The notes: generated from the sequence alone by a model not told the origin. A DNA stretch of 64,000 nucleotides from Bacteroidales bacterium (GCA_024402335.1 JAKSTZ010000004.1:30058-94057), one strand, 5' to 3'. Counted from the first letter of the stretch, positions 20,515 to 31,253 are shown. Program-made: numbers and translations.

Positions 20515-21606
20515 CTAATGTTGTTCGTGGCCTTCTGGCATTGCAAGACCAATAAACAATGCAGATAACATTGTGAATATATAAGCCTGCAAAGCAGCAA
20601 CGAACAATTCAAGGACATCCATAAACATCACGAAGAACACAGAAACTGGAGCTATTGCCAATGTTCCGAATATGAAAATCAATGATGTAAGACTTAATAC
20701 AATAATGTGACCAGCTGTGATGTTTGCGAACAAACGTATCATCAAAGCGAATGGTTTTGTAAAGATACCAATTACTTCTACCACAGCCATAATTGGCAAC
20801 AATGGCCAAGGCAAACCTGGCATAGCGAATATATCTTTCCAATATTCTTTGTTACCGCTTACATTTGTTATTATTAATGTAAACACAGCCAAAACGAATG
20901 TAAATGCAATATTACCAGAAACGTTTGCACTACCTGGGAAGAATGGAATCAAGCCCATCATATTTGTAATCCAAATAAAGAAAAATACTGTCAATAAATA
21001 TGGTAGATATTTATCGGTATGTTTTCCCAAATTTGGTTCAACAACATCTTCCTTAATGAACAAAATCACAGGTTCCAACCATGCTTGCAAGCCTTTTGGT
21101 GCTTGTCCAGGACGACGTTTGTATGCTCTTGCCAAGCTGATGAACAATACCAACATAATAATTGCAACCAAGAACAAAGTAAACACATTCTTTGTTATAG
21201 AAAAGTCAAGAGGACCATTTTCTGTAGCATTGCCATTCTCATCTACATACACAATATCTTGACCACCCATTGCTTTTGCAACCATTTTATATGTATGGTC
21301 TCCTTTTGTTACTGTTTTATGCCCATGTTCGAATTCGCTTGACATAAAACAATCTATAGAGAAAGGGTTCGTATTTACTAAGATTACAGGAAGAGGGAAA
21401 CCTACTGCGTGTTCAGTTCCGTCTTCATTTGTAATATCAAACATGTGCCAATCGTGGTTATCGCCGATATGACCAAAGATTGTTGAGTTTATATCAAATC
21501 CTGATTCAGCCTTTGCAGAATCACTTTCTTGAGCAAAAGATATACAAGAAAAAAGAAGCGCAGCACAAAATGCTAAAAGTTTTCTTTTTGTAGGTTTAAA
21601 AAACAT
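20515..21606 (-). CDS. atpB: F0F1 ATP synthase subunit a (long Bacteroidota-type N-terminal extension)
   Basis: C-terminal conserved a-subunit core (LMIRLFANITAGHI). The ATG at 21606 is preferred to the track's TTG at 21633. A -7 box lies at 21646-21653. Confidence 0.9.
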   Translation of the reverse strand: MFFKPTKRKLLAFCAALLFSCISFAQESDSAKAESGFDINSTIFGHIGDNHDWHMFDITNEDGTEHAVGFPLPVILVNTNPFSIDCFMSSEFEHGHKTVTKGDHTYKMVAKAMGGQDIVYVDENGNATENGPLDFSITKNVFTLFLVAIIMLVLFISLARAYKRRPGQAPKGLQAWLEPVILFIKEDVVEPNLGKHTDKYLPYLLTVFFFIWITNMMGLIPFFPGSANVSGNIAFTFVLAVFTLIITNVSGNKEYWKDIFAMPGLPWPLLPIMAVVEVIGIFTKPFALMIRLFANITAGHIIVLSLTSLIFIFGTLAIAPVSVFFVMFMDVLELFVAALQAYIFTMLSALFIGLAMPEGHEQH

Positions 21607-21645
21607 AATTCTAAAATTTTTTACCTCGTACAATTTACAATCCTA

Positions 21646-21653
21646 CAAATGTA
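21646..21653 (-). promoter_or_regulatory. -7 box (TACATTTG) for the atp operon
   Basis: The plus strand reads CAAATGTA, 40 nt upstream of the atpB ATG at 21606. Confidence 0.5.
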
Positions 21654-21752
21654 AAAAATTTTTCTAAAGTCTTTAACAAATCGTGTTTTTTTTGAAAGAA
21701 ATATTTTCAGATTTGTAAGTAAATAGACTTCTATCAGCAAATATTAAAACCT

Positions 21753-22547
21753 TTACTGTACAGAATAATGGAAAACAAACTCTCCGTTTACATTTTCGAC
21801 ACAACACACATTTTTCGAAAACACATTGGAAAACAAGTTTTTTTCAACTAATTCTTGCGGAGTTCCAGTTATTACACCTCCACCCTTTTGCATTAACCAT
21901 ATAGTATCGGCTATTTGAAAAGCCAATTCCAATTCATGAGTTGACAGCACTACAGCCTTGCCTGTTTCGTGCGCCAAGACACGTAACAAGCGCATGGTTT
22001 CTATACGATTTGGCAGATCCAAATGTGCCGTTGGCTCGTCTAACACTATAAATGGTGTATCTTGCGCCAACGACTTTGCTATCATAGTGCGTTGTTTTTC
22101 TCCATCACTTAAGCAACTAAAATCTTTATCTGCAATCTCCTTCAGATTAAGCATTTCTATAGCTTTTGCTACAATTTGTTCGTCTTTTTCAGTTAATGTA
22201 CCATACCACGAAGTGTATGGGAAACGCCCTAATGCAACGATAGATTTCACCGACATATTCGCAACAGAAACGGTATCAGTAAACACAACGCTCATCATTT
22301 TTGCCCGTTGTTCTATTGTTACAGAAGACATATCGTTGCCGTCCACAAGGATAGTTCCTTCCAACAAAGGTTGCATTCCCGAAATACTACGTATCAATGT
22401 TGATTTTCCACAACCATTTTCTCCCAACAAACACACCATTTCTCCTTTATTAACTTGCAAAGTGACATTTTCTGCAACAATATGATTTGTCTTTTTTGAA
22501 CTATATCCTATCGTTGCATTAGAAATGGAGACTATTGGATTACTCAT
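21753..22547 (-). CDS. ABC transporter ATP-binding protein (FepC/BtuD-like), with no adjacent permease or binding protein
   Basis: Walker A GENGCGKST, signature LSDGEKQR, and Walker B FIVLDEPTAHLD. Confidence 0.85.
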   Translation of the reverse strand: MSNPIVSISNATIGYSSKKTNHIVAENVTLQVNKGEMVCLLGENGCGKSTLIRSISGMQPLLEGTILVDGNDMSSVTIEQRAKMMSVVFTDTVSVANMSVKSIVALGRFPYTSWYGTLTEKDEQIVAKAIEMLNLKEIADKDFSCLSDGEKQRTMIAKSLAQDTPFIVLDEPTAHLDLPNRIETMRLLRVLAHETGKAVVLSTHELELAFQIADTIWLMQKGGGVITGTPQELVEKNLFSNVFSKNVCCVENVNGEFVFHYSVQ

Positions 22548-22550
22548 AGT

Positions 22551-23108
22551 TTATTCTTTAGAACCCCAACGTTTACAATCAACTGGCAAACCTACCAAAT
22601 CAAGTACTCTATCAACCACAGTATCACAAACCTCAGCAATACTTGACGGTTTAGAATAGAAAGACGGACTTGCCGGGCAAATAATACCTCCAGCAAGCGT
22701 TATCGTTTCCATATTCTTTATATGTATAAGATTATATGGTGTTTCTCGAAGTACCAAAATTAATCTACGACGTTCTTTTAACATAACATCTGCTGCCCGC
22801 GCAATAAGATTATCAGCCGTACCATTTGCAATTCGTCCCATAGTTCCCGCACTACAAGGACAGACTATCATTGCATCATATTGAGCAGAACCAGAAGCTA
22901 CAGGAGAAAAGAAATCATTATTTGCATATTCCACGAATCCGGGACCAACAAGATTTTCTCCTATTTCATATTTCCAAACTTCTTTTGCCGTATCAGAAAA
23001 AATTACTGCAATCTCTTCTATACAAAATGTTTGTTGCTGAAGCTTTTCAAGCAATCGTTGTGCATATATAGCACCAGAAGCACCTGTAACAGCAACAATG
23101 ATTTTCAT
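22551..23108 (-). CDS. ubiX: UbiX-family flavin prenyltransferase
   Basis: 185 aa, MKIIVAVTGASGAIYAQRLLEKL, with conserved flavoprotein-fold motifs. Confidence 0.9.
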   Translation of the reverse strand: MKIIVAVTGASGAIYAQRLLEKLQQQTFCIEEIAVIFSDTAKEVWKYEIGENLVGPGFVEYANNDFFSPVASGSAQYDAMIVCPCSAGTMGRIANGTADNLIARAADVMLKERRRLILVLRETPYNLIHIKNMETITLAGGIICPASPSFYSKPSSIAEVCDTVVDRVLDLVGLPVDCKRWGSKE

Positions 23109-23156
23109 CGTATTTTATATCGGCACAGTCAATAGGAATATTGACTGCAAACAAAT

Positions 23157-23801
23157 TTATTTCTTTGCCTGTGAAGCATTATAACGAGCATTCATCACTT
23201 TTAGAATGTCGTTAGTAATATTCAATTGTTCTTCAGCATACAAAACGCTACTTTGATATGCGTTGTTCAAAATAATTTTGTATTTGCCATCAGCATTGTA
23301 GAAGCGAATACAAGCATTTACGCTATCGATCAACTGTTCTTGTAATTTTTGTTCTTTTGTAGCCAATTCCTGCTGTTTTTGTTGTTGTTCCATGTACAAG
23401 TTTTGCTGACGTTTTTCCAACTCTGCTTGCTTTGCCTGTGCATCGGCAGTCGTAATGATTCTATTTTCTACTTGATATTGAAAATCTTGTACGTCTTTTT
23501 GGAATGCATCAGCTTTTTTTTGCAATTTGCTTTCCTCTGCAGAAACCAAATTTTGCAATTGTTTTTCTAATTTCTTAAAAAACAAATAGTTCTGCATAAC
23601 TGAATCAACTACAACATAGGCAATTGGGAAATTTGCTTCCACCATTTCTTCATCAGCAAAAATAGTATCCAAAACAGCTGCAGTTTCTTGTGCTACAGTT
23701 TCCTTTTTGTTTTCGGTAGAAGGTTTTTGAACATACAATACAAATAGAATAAGGATTGCGATTCCAAAAATAATGTTTACAATAATGTTTCCGTTTTTCA
23801 T
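23157..23801 (-). CDS. OmpH/Skp-like periplasmic chaperone family protein
   Basis: An N-terminal hydrophobic anchor followed by a Q/E/K-rich coiled coil, which is typical Bacteroidota OmpH-like architecture. Confidence 0.6.
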   Translation of the reverse strand: MKNGNIIVNIIFGIAILILFVLYVQKPSTENKKETVAQETAAVLDTIFADEEMVEANFPIAYVVVDSVMQNYLFFKKLEKQLQNLVSAEESKLQKKADAFQKDVQDFQYQVENRIITTADAQAKQAELEKRQQNLYMEQQQKQQELATKEQKLQEQLIDSVNACIRFYNADGKYKIILNNAYQSSVLYAEEQLNITNDILKVMNARYNASQAKK

Positions 23802-23812
23802 GATTTTAAGTT

Positions 23813-24256
23813 TTATCGTTTTTCTTTAAAAAAATTCTGCATCAATTCTTCACATTGTTCTTTTAATACACCACCCACAACAATTGTTTTTGGATGTAAA
23901 ATTCTGCTATGTAATTCCGACACGCCACGTTTCACATCCGATGCACCATATACAATTTTACCAAGTTGTTCCCAATACGATGCGCCACAGCACATTACAC
24001 AAGGTTCTACAGTAACGTACAGCGTGCATTTCTGAAGACTTTTGCCTCCTAAATAATCGGTAGCCATAGTAAATGCCTGCATTTCGGAATGGGCAGTAGG
24101 ATCATTCAATGTTTCCGACAGATTGTGAGCACGAGCTATTATTTGGTCCTCGCAAACAATCACGCAACCAATAGGAACCTCATCCTTCTCGTAGGCAAGT
24201 TTTGCCTGCGCCAAAGCCTGTTCCATATAATATTCGTCGGTCTTTTTTTCTGCCAT
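23813..24256 (-). CDS. tadA: tRNA adenosine(34) deaminase
   Basis: 147 aa with CDA zinc motifs HSEMQA and PCVMCCGA. Confidence 0.9.
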   Translation of the reverse strand: MAEKKTDEYYMEQALAQAKLAYEKDEVPIGCVIVCEDQIIARAHNLSETLNDPTAHSEMQAFTMATDYLGGKSLQKCTLYVTVEPCVMCCGASYWEQLGKIVYGASDVKRGVSELHSRILHPKTIVVGGVLKEQCEELMQNFFKEKR

Positions 24257-24261
24257 AATAT

Positions 24262-24289
24262 AAAAAAATGGGGCGTATGCTATACGCCC
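24262..24289 (-). terminator. Terminator after aspS
   Basis: GGGCGTAT-GCT-ATACGCCC hairpin followed on the minus strand by T7. Confidence 0.65.
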
Positions 24290-24294
24290 TTACA

Positions 24295-26052
24295 TTATTC
24301 TATCGGTTTAATATCCAAGAACAATTCATCCAATTGTTTTTGATCGATAACTGATGGTGCATCAAGCATAACATCACGACCGGAATTGTTTTTAGGGAAA
24401 GCAATACAGTCACGAATACTATCCAAACCTGCGAACAAACTTACCCAACGGTCAAGACCGTATGCCAAACCTCCGTGAGGTGGTGCTCCATACTTGAATG
24501 CATTCATTAAGAAACCAAATTGTTCTTGTGCCTTTTCTGGAGTAAAGCCTAAAATCTTGAAGATTTTTGCCTGCAATTGACTATCGTGGATACGAATTGA
24601 ACCACCGCCAACTTCAACACCATTGATAACCATATCGTATGCATTAGCACGAACCGATGCAGGATCTGTATCCAACAATGGAACATCTTCCGGTTTTGGA
24701 CTTGTAAATGGATGGTGCATTGCCATTAAACGGCCTTCTTCTTCGCTCCATTCATACATTGGGAAATCAACAACCCACAAGCATGCAAATTTATCTTTAT
24801 CGCGAAGACCAAGCTGATTAGCAACTTCAAGACGAAGTTCACACAACTGTTTGCGTGTCTTCATTGCATCGTCACCACTTAAAATCAAAATTAAATCACC
24901 TGCTTCGGCAGCAAATGCTTCTTTCATTTTTTGAAGCACATCTTGTGAGTAAAATTTATCAACACTTGATTTTACAGTACCGTCTGCTTCAACACGAGCA
25001 TAAACCATACCTTTTGCACCAATTTGAGGACGTTTCACAAACTCTGTCAATTGGTCTAATTGTTTACGAGTGTATGTTGCCGCACCTTTAGCACAAATAC
25101 CGCCAATATATGCAGCATTGTCGAATACGCCAAAGCCATATCCTTTTAAAACATCCATAAGTTCCACGAACTTCATATCGAAACGAAGATCTGGTTTATC
25201 GCTTCCATAGTATTTCATAGCATCGTGCCATGTCATACGTGGGAATGCTTCTTGTATGTCGATATTACGGATAGTCTTGAACAAGTGTTTCGCCATACCT
25301 TCGAAAAGAGTAATAATATCCTCTTGTTCAACAAAACTCATTTCACAGTCGATTTGAGTAAATTCTGGCTGACGGTCAGCACGAAGGTCTTCATCACGGA
25401 AACATTTCACAATCTGGAAATAACGGTCAAAACCGGCAACCATAAGTAATTGTTTCAATGTTTGTGGGCTTTGTGGCAATGCATAGAATTGACCAGGATT
25501 CATACGAGAAGGAACGACAAAGTCGCGGGCTCCTTCAGGAGTTGAGCCAATCAACACAGGAGTTTCAACTTCCAAAAATCCTTGTTTGTCAAGATAACTA
25601 CGAACCTCGAATGCCATCTTATGACGAAGTTCAAGATTTTTTCTCACTGCGGCACGACGTAAATCCAAATAACGATATTTCATACGAAGATCGTCACCGC
25701 CATCAGTATCGTCTTGAATAGTAAAAGGAGGAACTTCCGATGAATTAAGAAGAGTAAGCTTGTTCACGATGATTTCGATATCACCGGTATCCATTTTTGG
25801 ATTTTTGCTTGAACGTTCTACAACTTTACCTTCAATCTGAATTACAAATTCACGACCAAGTTTTTTCGCTTCCTGACAAACTTCAGCATTTTGATTTTCA
25901 TCAAAAACCAATTGCGTAATACCGTAACGGTCACGCAAATCAACAAATGTCATTCCACCCAATTCACGAGTTTTTTGAACCCAACCGCTCAAAGTAACGG
26001 TTTCTCCAATATTTGCAGCACGCAATTCGCCGCAGGTATGAGATCTATACAT
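24295..26052 (-). CDS. aspS: Aspartate--tRNA ligase
   Basis: 585 aa starting [11 protein letters not shown], with class II motifs ([26 protein letters not shown]). Confidence 0.97.
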   Translation of the reverse strand: MYRSHTCGELRAANIGETVTLSGWVQKTRELGGMTFVDLRDRYGITQLVFDENQNAEVCQEAKKLGREFVIQIEGKVVERSSKNPKMDTGDIEIIVNKLTLLNSSEVPPFTIQDDTDGGDDLRMKYRYLDLRRAAVRKNLELRHKMAFEVRSYLDKQGFLEVETPVLIGSTPEGARDFVVPSRMNPGQFYALPQSPQTLKQLLMVAGFDRYFQIVKCFRDEDLRADRQPEFTQIDCEMSFVEQEDIITLFEGMAKHLFKTIRNIDIQEAFPRMTWHDAMKYYGSDKPDLRFDMKFVELMDVLKGYGFGVFDNAAYIGGICAKGAATYTRKQLDQLTEFVKRPQIGAKGMVYARVEADGTVKSSVDKFYSQDVLQKMKEAFAAEAGDLILILSGDDAMKTRKQLCELRLEVANQLGLRDKDKFACLWVVDFPMYEWSEEEGRLMAMHHPFTSPKPEDVPLLDTDPASVRANAYDMVINGVEVGGGSIRIHDSQLQAKIFKILGFTPEKAQEQFGFLMNAFKYGAPPHGGLAYGLDRWVSLFAGLDSIRDCIAFPKNNSGRDVMLDAPSVIDQKQLDELFLDIKPIE

Positions 26053-26079
26053 TTTCTAACCTTATTTTACAAACGATTG

Positions 26080-26087
26080 CAAATATA
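26080..26087 (-). promoter_or_regulatory. -7 box (TATATTTG) for aspS
   Basis: The plus strand reads CAAATATA, 28 nt upstream of the ATG at 26052. Confidence 0.5.
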
Positions 26088-26162
26088 TCATTTTATATTC
26101 AACATTTTGCCACTCAAAACTTGTTTAATTTCAAGGAGGAATAACATATCCACAAAAAATCA

Positions 26163-26170
26163 TATTTTTG
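26163..26170 (+). promoter_or_regulatory. -7 box (TATTTTTG) for the TolB-like gene
   Basis: 17 nt upstream of the ATG at 26187. Confidence 0.45.
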
Positions 26171-26186
26171 TAGAAAACAACATACA

Positions 26187-27068
26187 ATGAACGTATTAAC
26201 TACCAAACGAGAAGTTGAAGAAAGAAATGTTATTTCTGTTCTTGAAACATTCGACATTACAACTCAAAAACGCGAAGTCATTGCCGAATTTGACGAGCTA
26301 ATTGAAGCACCAAACTGGTTGAAAGGTGGCAAGACTTTGATTTTTAACGGACATGGAAATTTGTATTCTTTTAATTTAGAGACAAAAGAACGTAAGCAAA
26401 TTGATTTAGGATATTGTGTTCAATGCAACAACGACCATGTACTTTCGCCTAACCACGACAAAGTAGCGGTAAGTCATCACACAAGCGAAGACGGACAAAG
26501 CCGTGTGTATGTCATTCCTTTCGAAACCGGAGTACCAGAATTGATTACTCCTATTGCACCAAGTTATTTGCACGGTTGGTCTCCCGACGGAAAAGAACTT
26601 GCATATTGTGCTGAAAGAAACGGTGAATACGACATTTATACTATTCCAGCCAAAGGCGGCTTAGAAAAACGACTAACCGACGCTCCGGGTCTTAACGATG
26701 GTTGCGAATATTCTCCTTGCGGAAACTATATATGGTTCAATAGCGTTCGTACAGGCTTAATGCAAATATGGAGAATGAAAACCGACGGTAGCGAACAAAC
26801 ACAAATGACCTTCGACGAAGACCGTGACAGTTGGTTTGCCCATGTTTCTCCGGACGGAAAGCAAGTTGTATATATTGCATATAATAAAGACGATATAAAC
26901 CCAGGTGACCATCCGGCAAACAAAAACGTGGAAATCAGAACGATGTCACCTAACGGCGGCGAATGCAAAACACTAATCAAACTATTTGGAGGACAAGGAA
27001 CAATAAACGTAAACAGCTGGTCTCCAGACAGTAAGAAATTTGCTTTTGTTAGTTATAAATTGAAATAA
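26187..27068 (+). CDS. TolB-like beta-propeller (PD40 repeat) protein, with no obvious signal peptide
   Basis: Repeated WSPDGKELAY / VSPDGKQVVY / WSPDSKKFAF motifs. Confidence 0.7.
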   Translation: MNVLTTKREVEERNVISVLETFDITTQKREVIAEFDELIEAPNWLKGGKTLIFNGHGNLYSFNLETKERKQIDLGYCVQCNNDHVLSPNHDKVAVSHHTSEDGQSRVYVIPFETGVPELITPIAPSYLHGWSPDGKELAYCAERNGEYDIYTIPAKGGLEKRLTDAPGLNDGCEYSPCGNYIWFNSVRTGLMQIWRMKTDGSEQTQMTFDEDRDSWFAHVSPDGKQVVYIAYNKDDINPGDHPANKNVEIRTMSPNGGECKTLIKLFGGQGTINVNSWSPDSKKFAFVSYKLK

Positions 27069-27074
27069 CATTAT

Positions 27075-27102
27075 AGAGAGATTATGTATGTATAATCTCT
27101 CT
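27075..27102 (+). terminator. Hairpin after the TolB-like gene
   Basis: 11-bp perfect stem AGAGAGATTAT / ATAATCTCTCT with a 6-nt loop. The T-tract is weak. Confidence 0.45.
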
Positions 27103-27117
27103 TAAAACATTTTGACT

Positions 27118-28398
27118 ATGCGTTATTCAAGAATCCCAACCACTCTTTTTGAAAAAAATAGAGAAAAAATCTTTGCAAAATTGCCAGCTTCTAGCTCTGC
27201 AATAATCTTTGCAAATCCACAAATGCCAAGAAACGGAGATTTATTTTTCCCATACAGGCAAAATTCCGATTTGTTTTATGTAACGGGAATTACGCAAGAG
27301 AAGTCAATTGTTATACTAACAAACTATAAATCAGAGAACAAAGCTATTCTTTTCATACTAAACCCACGTCCGGAATTAGAACAATGGGAAGGTAAGAAGT
27401 TACGCATTGAGGAAGCAAAAGAAATCTCTGGAATAGCAGAAATCCACTACGTAGAAGAATTCCAAGACATTTGGGAAGAAATTGCATGCAACAGCGACCA
27501 TCTATATTACGGTCAAAACTGTAATCCACGTTTGAAAACAGAATTAAACCTTCCCGACAAAATATTTGGAGAACAACTGCAATCCAAATGGACAAACAAA
27601 GATGTAGCTTGTCTTTCACCTATTCTTACAGCATGTAGAATAGTAAAAGAACCTGAAGAAATTGAGCTCATCAAGAAAGCGTGTTCAATCACAAGCGAAG
27701 CATTTTACGAAATTGCAAAAGCGACCCGTGCCGGCATGTATGAATATGAATTAGAGGCTATTATGTCCAACGTCTTTTTGCGGAATGGCGCAAACGGTCA
27801 TGCTTTTGATCCTATTATTGCAAATGGCCGAAATACTTGTTATTTGCACTACGTAAAGAACGACCAAATATTACAAGACGGCAATTTAATTTTAATGGAT
27901 TTTGGTTCTGAATATGCCAACTATTCCAGCGACTGCACACGAGTTTTTCCGGTAAACGGAACATTCACAAAACGTCAAAAAGAGATTCACACTGCTGTTT
28001 ACAAAGTTTTCACTACTATAAAAAACGAAATAGCTCCAGGGAAAACCATTAGTGAATTACAGAAACTCACCTGTAGATTAATACAAGAAGAATTACTTTC
28101 TCTTGGAATATTATCAAAACAAGATATTGAGGTGAGAGGAGAACATCCTGCATATTTTAAATACTATATGCATGGAGTATCACATTTCATCGGGCTTGAC
28201 ACACACGATGTTGGGGAGAAAGACGAAATATTAAAACCAGGAATGGTACTTAGTTGTGAACCTGGCATCTACACATTCGACGAGGAAATAGGCATTAGAT
28301 TAGAAGACACCATGCTTGTCACCCAAGAAGGTTGCCAAGACCTAATGGACAATCTACCAATGAGTGCAGAAGAGATAGAAGAACTAATGAATTCCTAA
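27118..28398 (+). CDS. Xaa-Pro aminopeptidase (M24B, aminopeptidase P family)
   Basis: Creatinase-like N-domain plus an M24 core (LMDFGSEY, HGVSHFIGLDTHD, CEPGIY, RLEDT). The ATG at 27118 is preferred over the TTG at 27112. Confidence 0.85.
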   Translation: MRYSRIPTTLFEKNREKIFAKLPASSSAIIFANPQMPRNGDLFFPYRQNSDLFYVTGITQEKSIVILTNYKSENKAILFILNPRPELEQWEGKKLRIEEAKEISGIAEIHYVEEFQDIWEEIACNSDHLYYGQNCNPRLKTELNLPDKIFGEQLQSKWTNKDVACLSPILTACRIVKEPEEIELIKKACSITSEAFYEIAKATRAGMYEYELEAIMSNVFLRNGANGHAFDPIIANGRNTCYLHYVKNDQILQDGNLILMDFGSEYANYSSDCTRVFPVNGTFTKRQKEIHTAVYKVFTTIKNEIAPGKTISELQKLTCRLIQEELLSLGILSKQDIEVRGEHPAYFKYYMHGVSHFIGLDTHDVGEKDEILKPGMVLSCEPGIYTFDEEIGIRLEDTMLVTQEGCQDLMDNLPMSAEEIEELMNS

Positions 28399-29090
28399 TC
28401 AAGGAAATTCATTTTTCTCTTAAATTCCTCCTTAAATGTTAATCCAATAGGAATATCCTTACCTGCAAGCGAGATAATACGACCTTTCACGGAGTCAATT
28501 TTATCGATTGCCACGATATACGATTTGTGTACACGGACAAAACGATCTTCCGGAAGTTTTTCCAAAATGCCCTTAATATTTGTAAGAGTTATGATTTTCT
28601 TTGTTGGTAAGACTATACGTACATAGTCTTTCAAGCCCTCAATATATAATATATCAGAATACTTAACCTTAACATCTTGGTAATCGGCACGTACATAAAA
28701 GAAATCGTCAGTTTCTTGTTCACCTTTTTTCTCAAGCTGCATAAGGTGTTCAACCTTTTCTATAGCTTGTTTGAATCGTGCAGGAGAAATTGGTTTCATT
28801 AAATAATCGACGGCATTTACCTCAAAACCTTCAACAGCATATTGGTCGTAGGCAGTTGTAAACACAATCATTGGCGGATTCTTCAATGATTTCGCCAAAT
28901 TCATTCCCGATAAGTCTGGCATTTGAATGTCCAAAAACAACAAATCTATGGTTTCTTTATCCAACAATTCGATTGCTTGTTTTGCATTCTTACATGTTGC
29001 AACTAATTGCAAATTAGAATAATTCGAAACATATCCTTCCAACACATCTCGTGCTAAAGGTTCGTCATCAACAATTGCACAACGTATCAT
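28395..29090 (-). CDS. LytR/AlgR-family response regulator (REC + LytTR)
   Basis: Receiver domain (IVDDEPLA, LLFLDIQMP) plus a C-terminal LytTR domain (RVHKSYIV). Confidence 0.9.
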   Translation of the reverse strand: MIRCAIVDDEPLARDVLEGYVSNYSNLQLVATCKNAKQAIELLDKETIDLLFLDIQMPDLSGMNLAKSLKNPPMIVFTTAYDQYAVEGFEVNAVDYLMKPISPARFKQAIEKVEHLMQLEKKGEQETDDFFYVRADYQDVKVKYSDILYIEGLKDYVRIVLPTKKIITLTNIKGILEKLPEDRFVRVHKSYIVAIDKIDSVKGRIISLAGKDIPIGLTFKEEFKRKMNFLD

Positions 29091-30124
29091 AACTTTATCT
29101 TTAAATTCACCACATACATTTCACCGGCATCATCAATGTCGAGGTTGCATTTAGATCCATAAACCAAATACAATCTGTTCTTAACATTTTGAATACCTAT
29201 ACCACAAACTTTATCTTTTTGATTTCCAGTATATTTCTTGTTTTCTATATGGAATTCTATAAGTTTACTTGTTACAGTTATATGACAATCAATATTTACA
29301 ATACCCTCTGTGTCAGCCCCATGTTTAAATGCATTTTCCAAGAATGGGACCAAAATCATAGGAGCAATTTCTGCTTGTTCATTTTGATTATCAACAACAA
29401 AATTCACCTTACTTTCCGACGAAAATCGAAGTTCTTGCAACTTGATAAAATCCTGCATATAATTGATTTCCTTTTGTATGTTAACCATATTTTCATTCGA
29501 ATCGTATGTTACATACCGAAGTAAATCCGACATGGTTAAAATTATTTCCGGAAGTTTATCTGATTTTTTCAACGACAATGAATACAAGCTATTTATTGCA
29601 TTAAACAAGAAATGCGGACTTAATTGCGATTTTAGCAATTGCATATTCGAAGTAATCTGCTGTCTTTCCAATTCCCGCAACAATTTTTCTCTCTTCTCGT
29701 GACGAATATTTGCCCCATACACCAAACTCGCGGCAAGAGTAACCATAAACGACATATATAGATGAGGCGGTATAAAATCATTTCGAACAACCGTTGGTCG
29801 TGGACGCGGAGAGTCTAACGTAAGTTCTCTTAAAAGATTCAGGAAATCAGTACGAACCGGTTTCATACATTTGAACAAACAAATATATAACAGCGCAAGC
29901 AGCACAAGCGAGATGAAGTACAAAAGATATTTTTTCTTATAAAACAAATGTGGCATAATCAACAATGCATGAGAATAAAACACGACAAATGTTCCTGTCA
30001 GTGCAACAAACTCATATCCTATCAACTTGATAGAAAATGGAACAGAAAAGAAAATATGCGGAATCATTAACAAAATCATCCAACCGCATACATGTTTTAA
30101 GATTCTTTCCGCACCTGCTTGCAT
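29087..30124 (-). CDS. Sensor histidine kinase (LytS/YehU-type, His_kinase PF06580-like)
   Basis: Multi-TM N-terminus, then LKSQLSPHFLFNAINSL (H-box) and an ATPase-like C-terminus. It overlaps the RR gene by 4 nt. Confidence 0.85.
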   Translation of the reverse strand: MQAGAERILKHVCGWMILLMIPHIFFSVPFSIKLIGYEFVALTGTFVVFYSHALLIMPHLFYKKKYLLYFISLVLLALLYICLFKCMKPVRTDFLNLLRELTLDSPRPRPTVVRNDFIPPHLYMSFMVTLAASLVYGANIRHEKREKLLRELERQQITSNMQLLKSQLSPHFLFNAINSLYSLSLKKSDKLPEIILTMSDLLRYVTYDSNENMVNIQKEINYMQDFIKLQELRFSSESKVNFVVDNQNEQAEIAPMILVPFLENAFKHGADTEGIVNIDCHITVTSKLIEFHIENKKYTGNQKDKVCGIGIQNVKNRLYLVYGSKCNLDIDDAGEMYVVNLKIKL

Positions 30125-30252
30125 ATCAAAAAATTATATAGTCAAATATAAAACAATCATTTTCTTTTTATCGAAAATATAGACTAAAACATCGAAATAC
30201 CTCCCGAACGTAATTTTATTTTCAAATAATAGTTACAAAAAGATAAAAAGTG

Positions 30253-30260
30253 TACTTTTG
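30253..30260 (+). promoter_or_regulatory. -7 box (TACTTTTG) for the coiled-coil protein gene
   Basis: 22 nt upstream of the ATG at 30282. Confidence 0.45.
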
Positions 30261-30281
30261 TAAAAATTAAATCAAAACAAA

Positions 30282-31163
30282 ATGAATTCTAAATCAAGTA
30301 TTATCTTTTTAGTCATTGCGGTGCTTCTCGCTTTAGGACTTGGTTATTTTGTATGGCAAAACCAACAACTGAAAGCCGAAATCGAAACTCTACAAGACAC
30401 AGTATCAAGTGTACACATCGAAAAGGCAAAACTTTTGAACAACCTTGACTCTCTTGAAGTAGAGATAAAGAAACAAGTGGCTGCAAATGATGAAATGGAT
30501 TCTGTTCTTGCAGAACGTTTGGCAGAAATCGAGGAAACACGTGCAGAATTGGCAGTTGCCCAAGCTGACGCTGCTTTAGTTGCAAAATACAAAAAACAAA
30601 TTGAAGCGTTGAAAGCAACAGCACAACAATTCATCCGCGAAAACGACATGCTTAAACATAGAGTTGACTCATTGAAGTTCGAAGATAGTTTGAAAAAACA
30701 AAAAATCGACACAATGACTATTTTGGATTACCAAAAGACTCAACAAATCGAACAATTAAGCGAAAAAGTCGAAATGGGTTCTCAACTTCGTATTAGCGAT
30801 ATTGTGGCAAGAGGCTACAACCAAAGCGGCAAAGTTGCCACAAAAGCACGTAGAACTGCGAAAATCGGCGTTAGCGGAACATTGTTGAAAAACACATTAG
30901 CAGAATCTGGTTCAAAATTATTGTTCATCCGTATAATTGCTCCAAACGGAACAGTTTTGACATCAAGTAATGCAAACCAATTCGATTTCGACGGAAAAAC
31001 TATCATGTACACCGAAAAGAAAGAAGTTGGCTACGACAACGAAGATGTTAAGTTCGAAATCTTCTACAATGCAGAAAACGAACTTCTAGAAATTGGTACA
31101 TACCAAATCTCTATTTTCTGCGACGGCAAGGAAATCGGACGTTCATCTTTAGGTTTGCAATAA
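30282..31163 (+). CDS. Membrane-anchored coiled-coil hypothetical protein
   Basis: One N-terminal TM helix, about 150 aa of heptad-like coiled coil, then a beta-rich C-terminal domain. Promoter box at 30253-30260 and terminator at 31193-31215. Confidence 0.6.
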   Translation: MNSKSSIIFLVIAVLLALGLGYFVWQNQQLKAEIETLQDTVSSVHIEKAKLLNNLDSLEVEIKKQVAANDEMDSVLAERLAEIEETRAELAVAQADAALVAKYKKQIEALKATAQQFIRENDMLKHRVDSLKFEDSLKKQKIDTMTILDYQKTQQIEQLSEKVEMGSQLRISDIVARGYNQSGKVATKARRTAKIGVSGTLLKNTLAESGSKLLFIRIIAPNGTVLTSSNANQFDFDGKTIMYTEKKEVGYDNEDVKFEIFYNAENELLEIGTYQISIFCDGKEIGRSSLGLQ

Positions 31164-31192
31164 AATTTATTATATTTGCAATAAAGAAAATG

Positions 31193-31220
31193 GGAATCCT
31201 GGGAAACAGGATTCCTTTTG
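31193..31220 (+). terminator. Rho-independent terminator upstream of greA
   Basis: GGAATCCT-GGGAAAC-AGGATTCC followed by TTTTGTTTT. Confidence 0.7.
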
Positions 31221-31253
31221 TTTTATTTTATACCAAGAAAAAAATTATCACTT

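Noticed and set aside
20717-21262. 181-aa ORF on the plus strand. The same applies to 21019-21342, 21958-22485, 18452-18880, 17879-18205, 41567-42172, 42049-42471, 43237-43764, 58108-58509 and 59589-59969.
   Set aside because: All lie antisense to, and entirely within, strongly supported genes (atpB, the ABC ATPase, atpA, the giant adhesin, glnS, the sufD-like gene). Their composition is low-complexity or Cys/Phe-rich, typical of shadow ORFs.
28395-28398. 4-nt overlap of the convergent stop codons of the aminopeptidase and LytTR regulator genes.
   Set aside because: This is real, but it is a common compact-genome arrangement with no associated structure, so it is not flagged as a finding.
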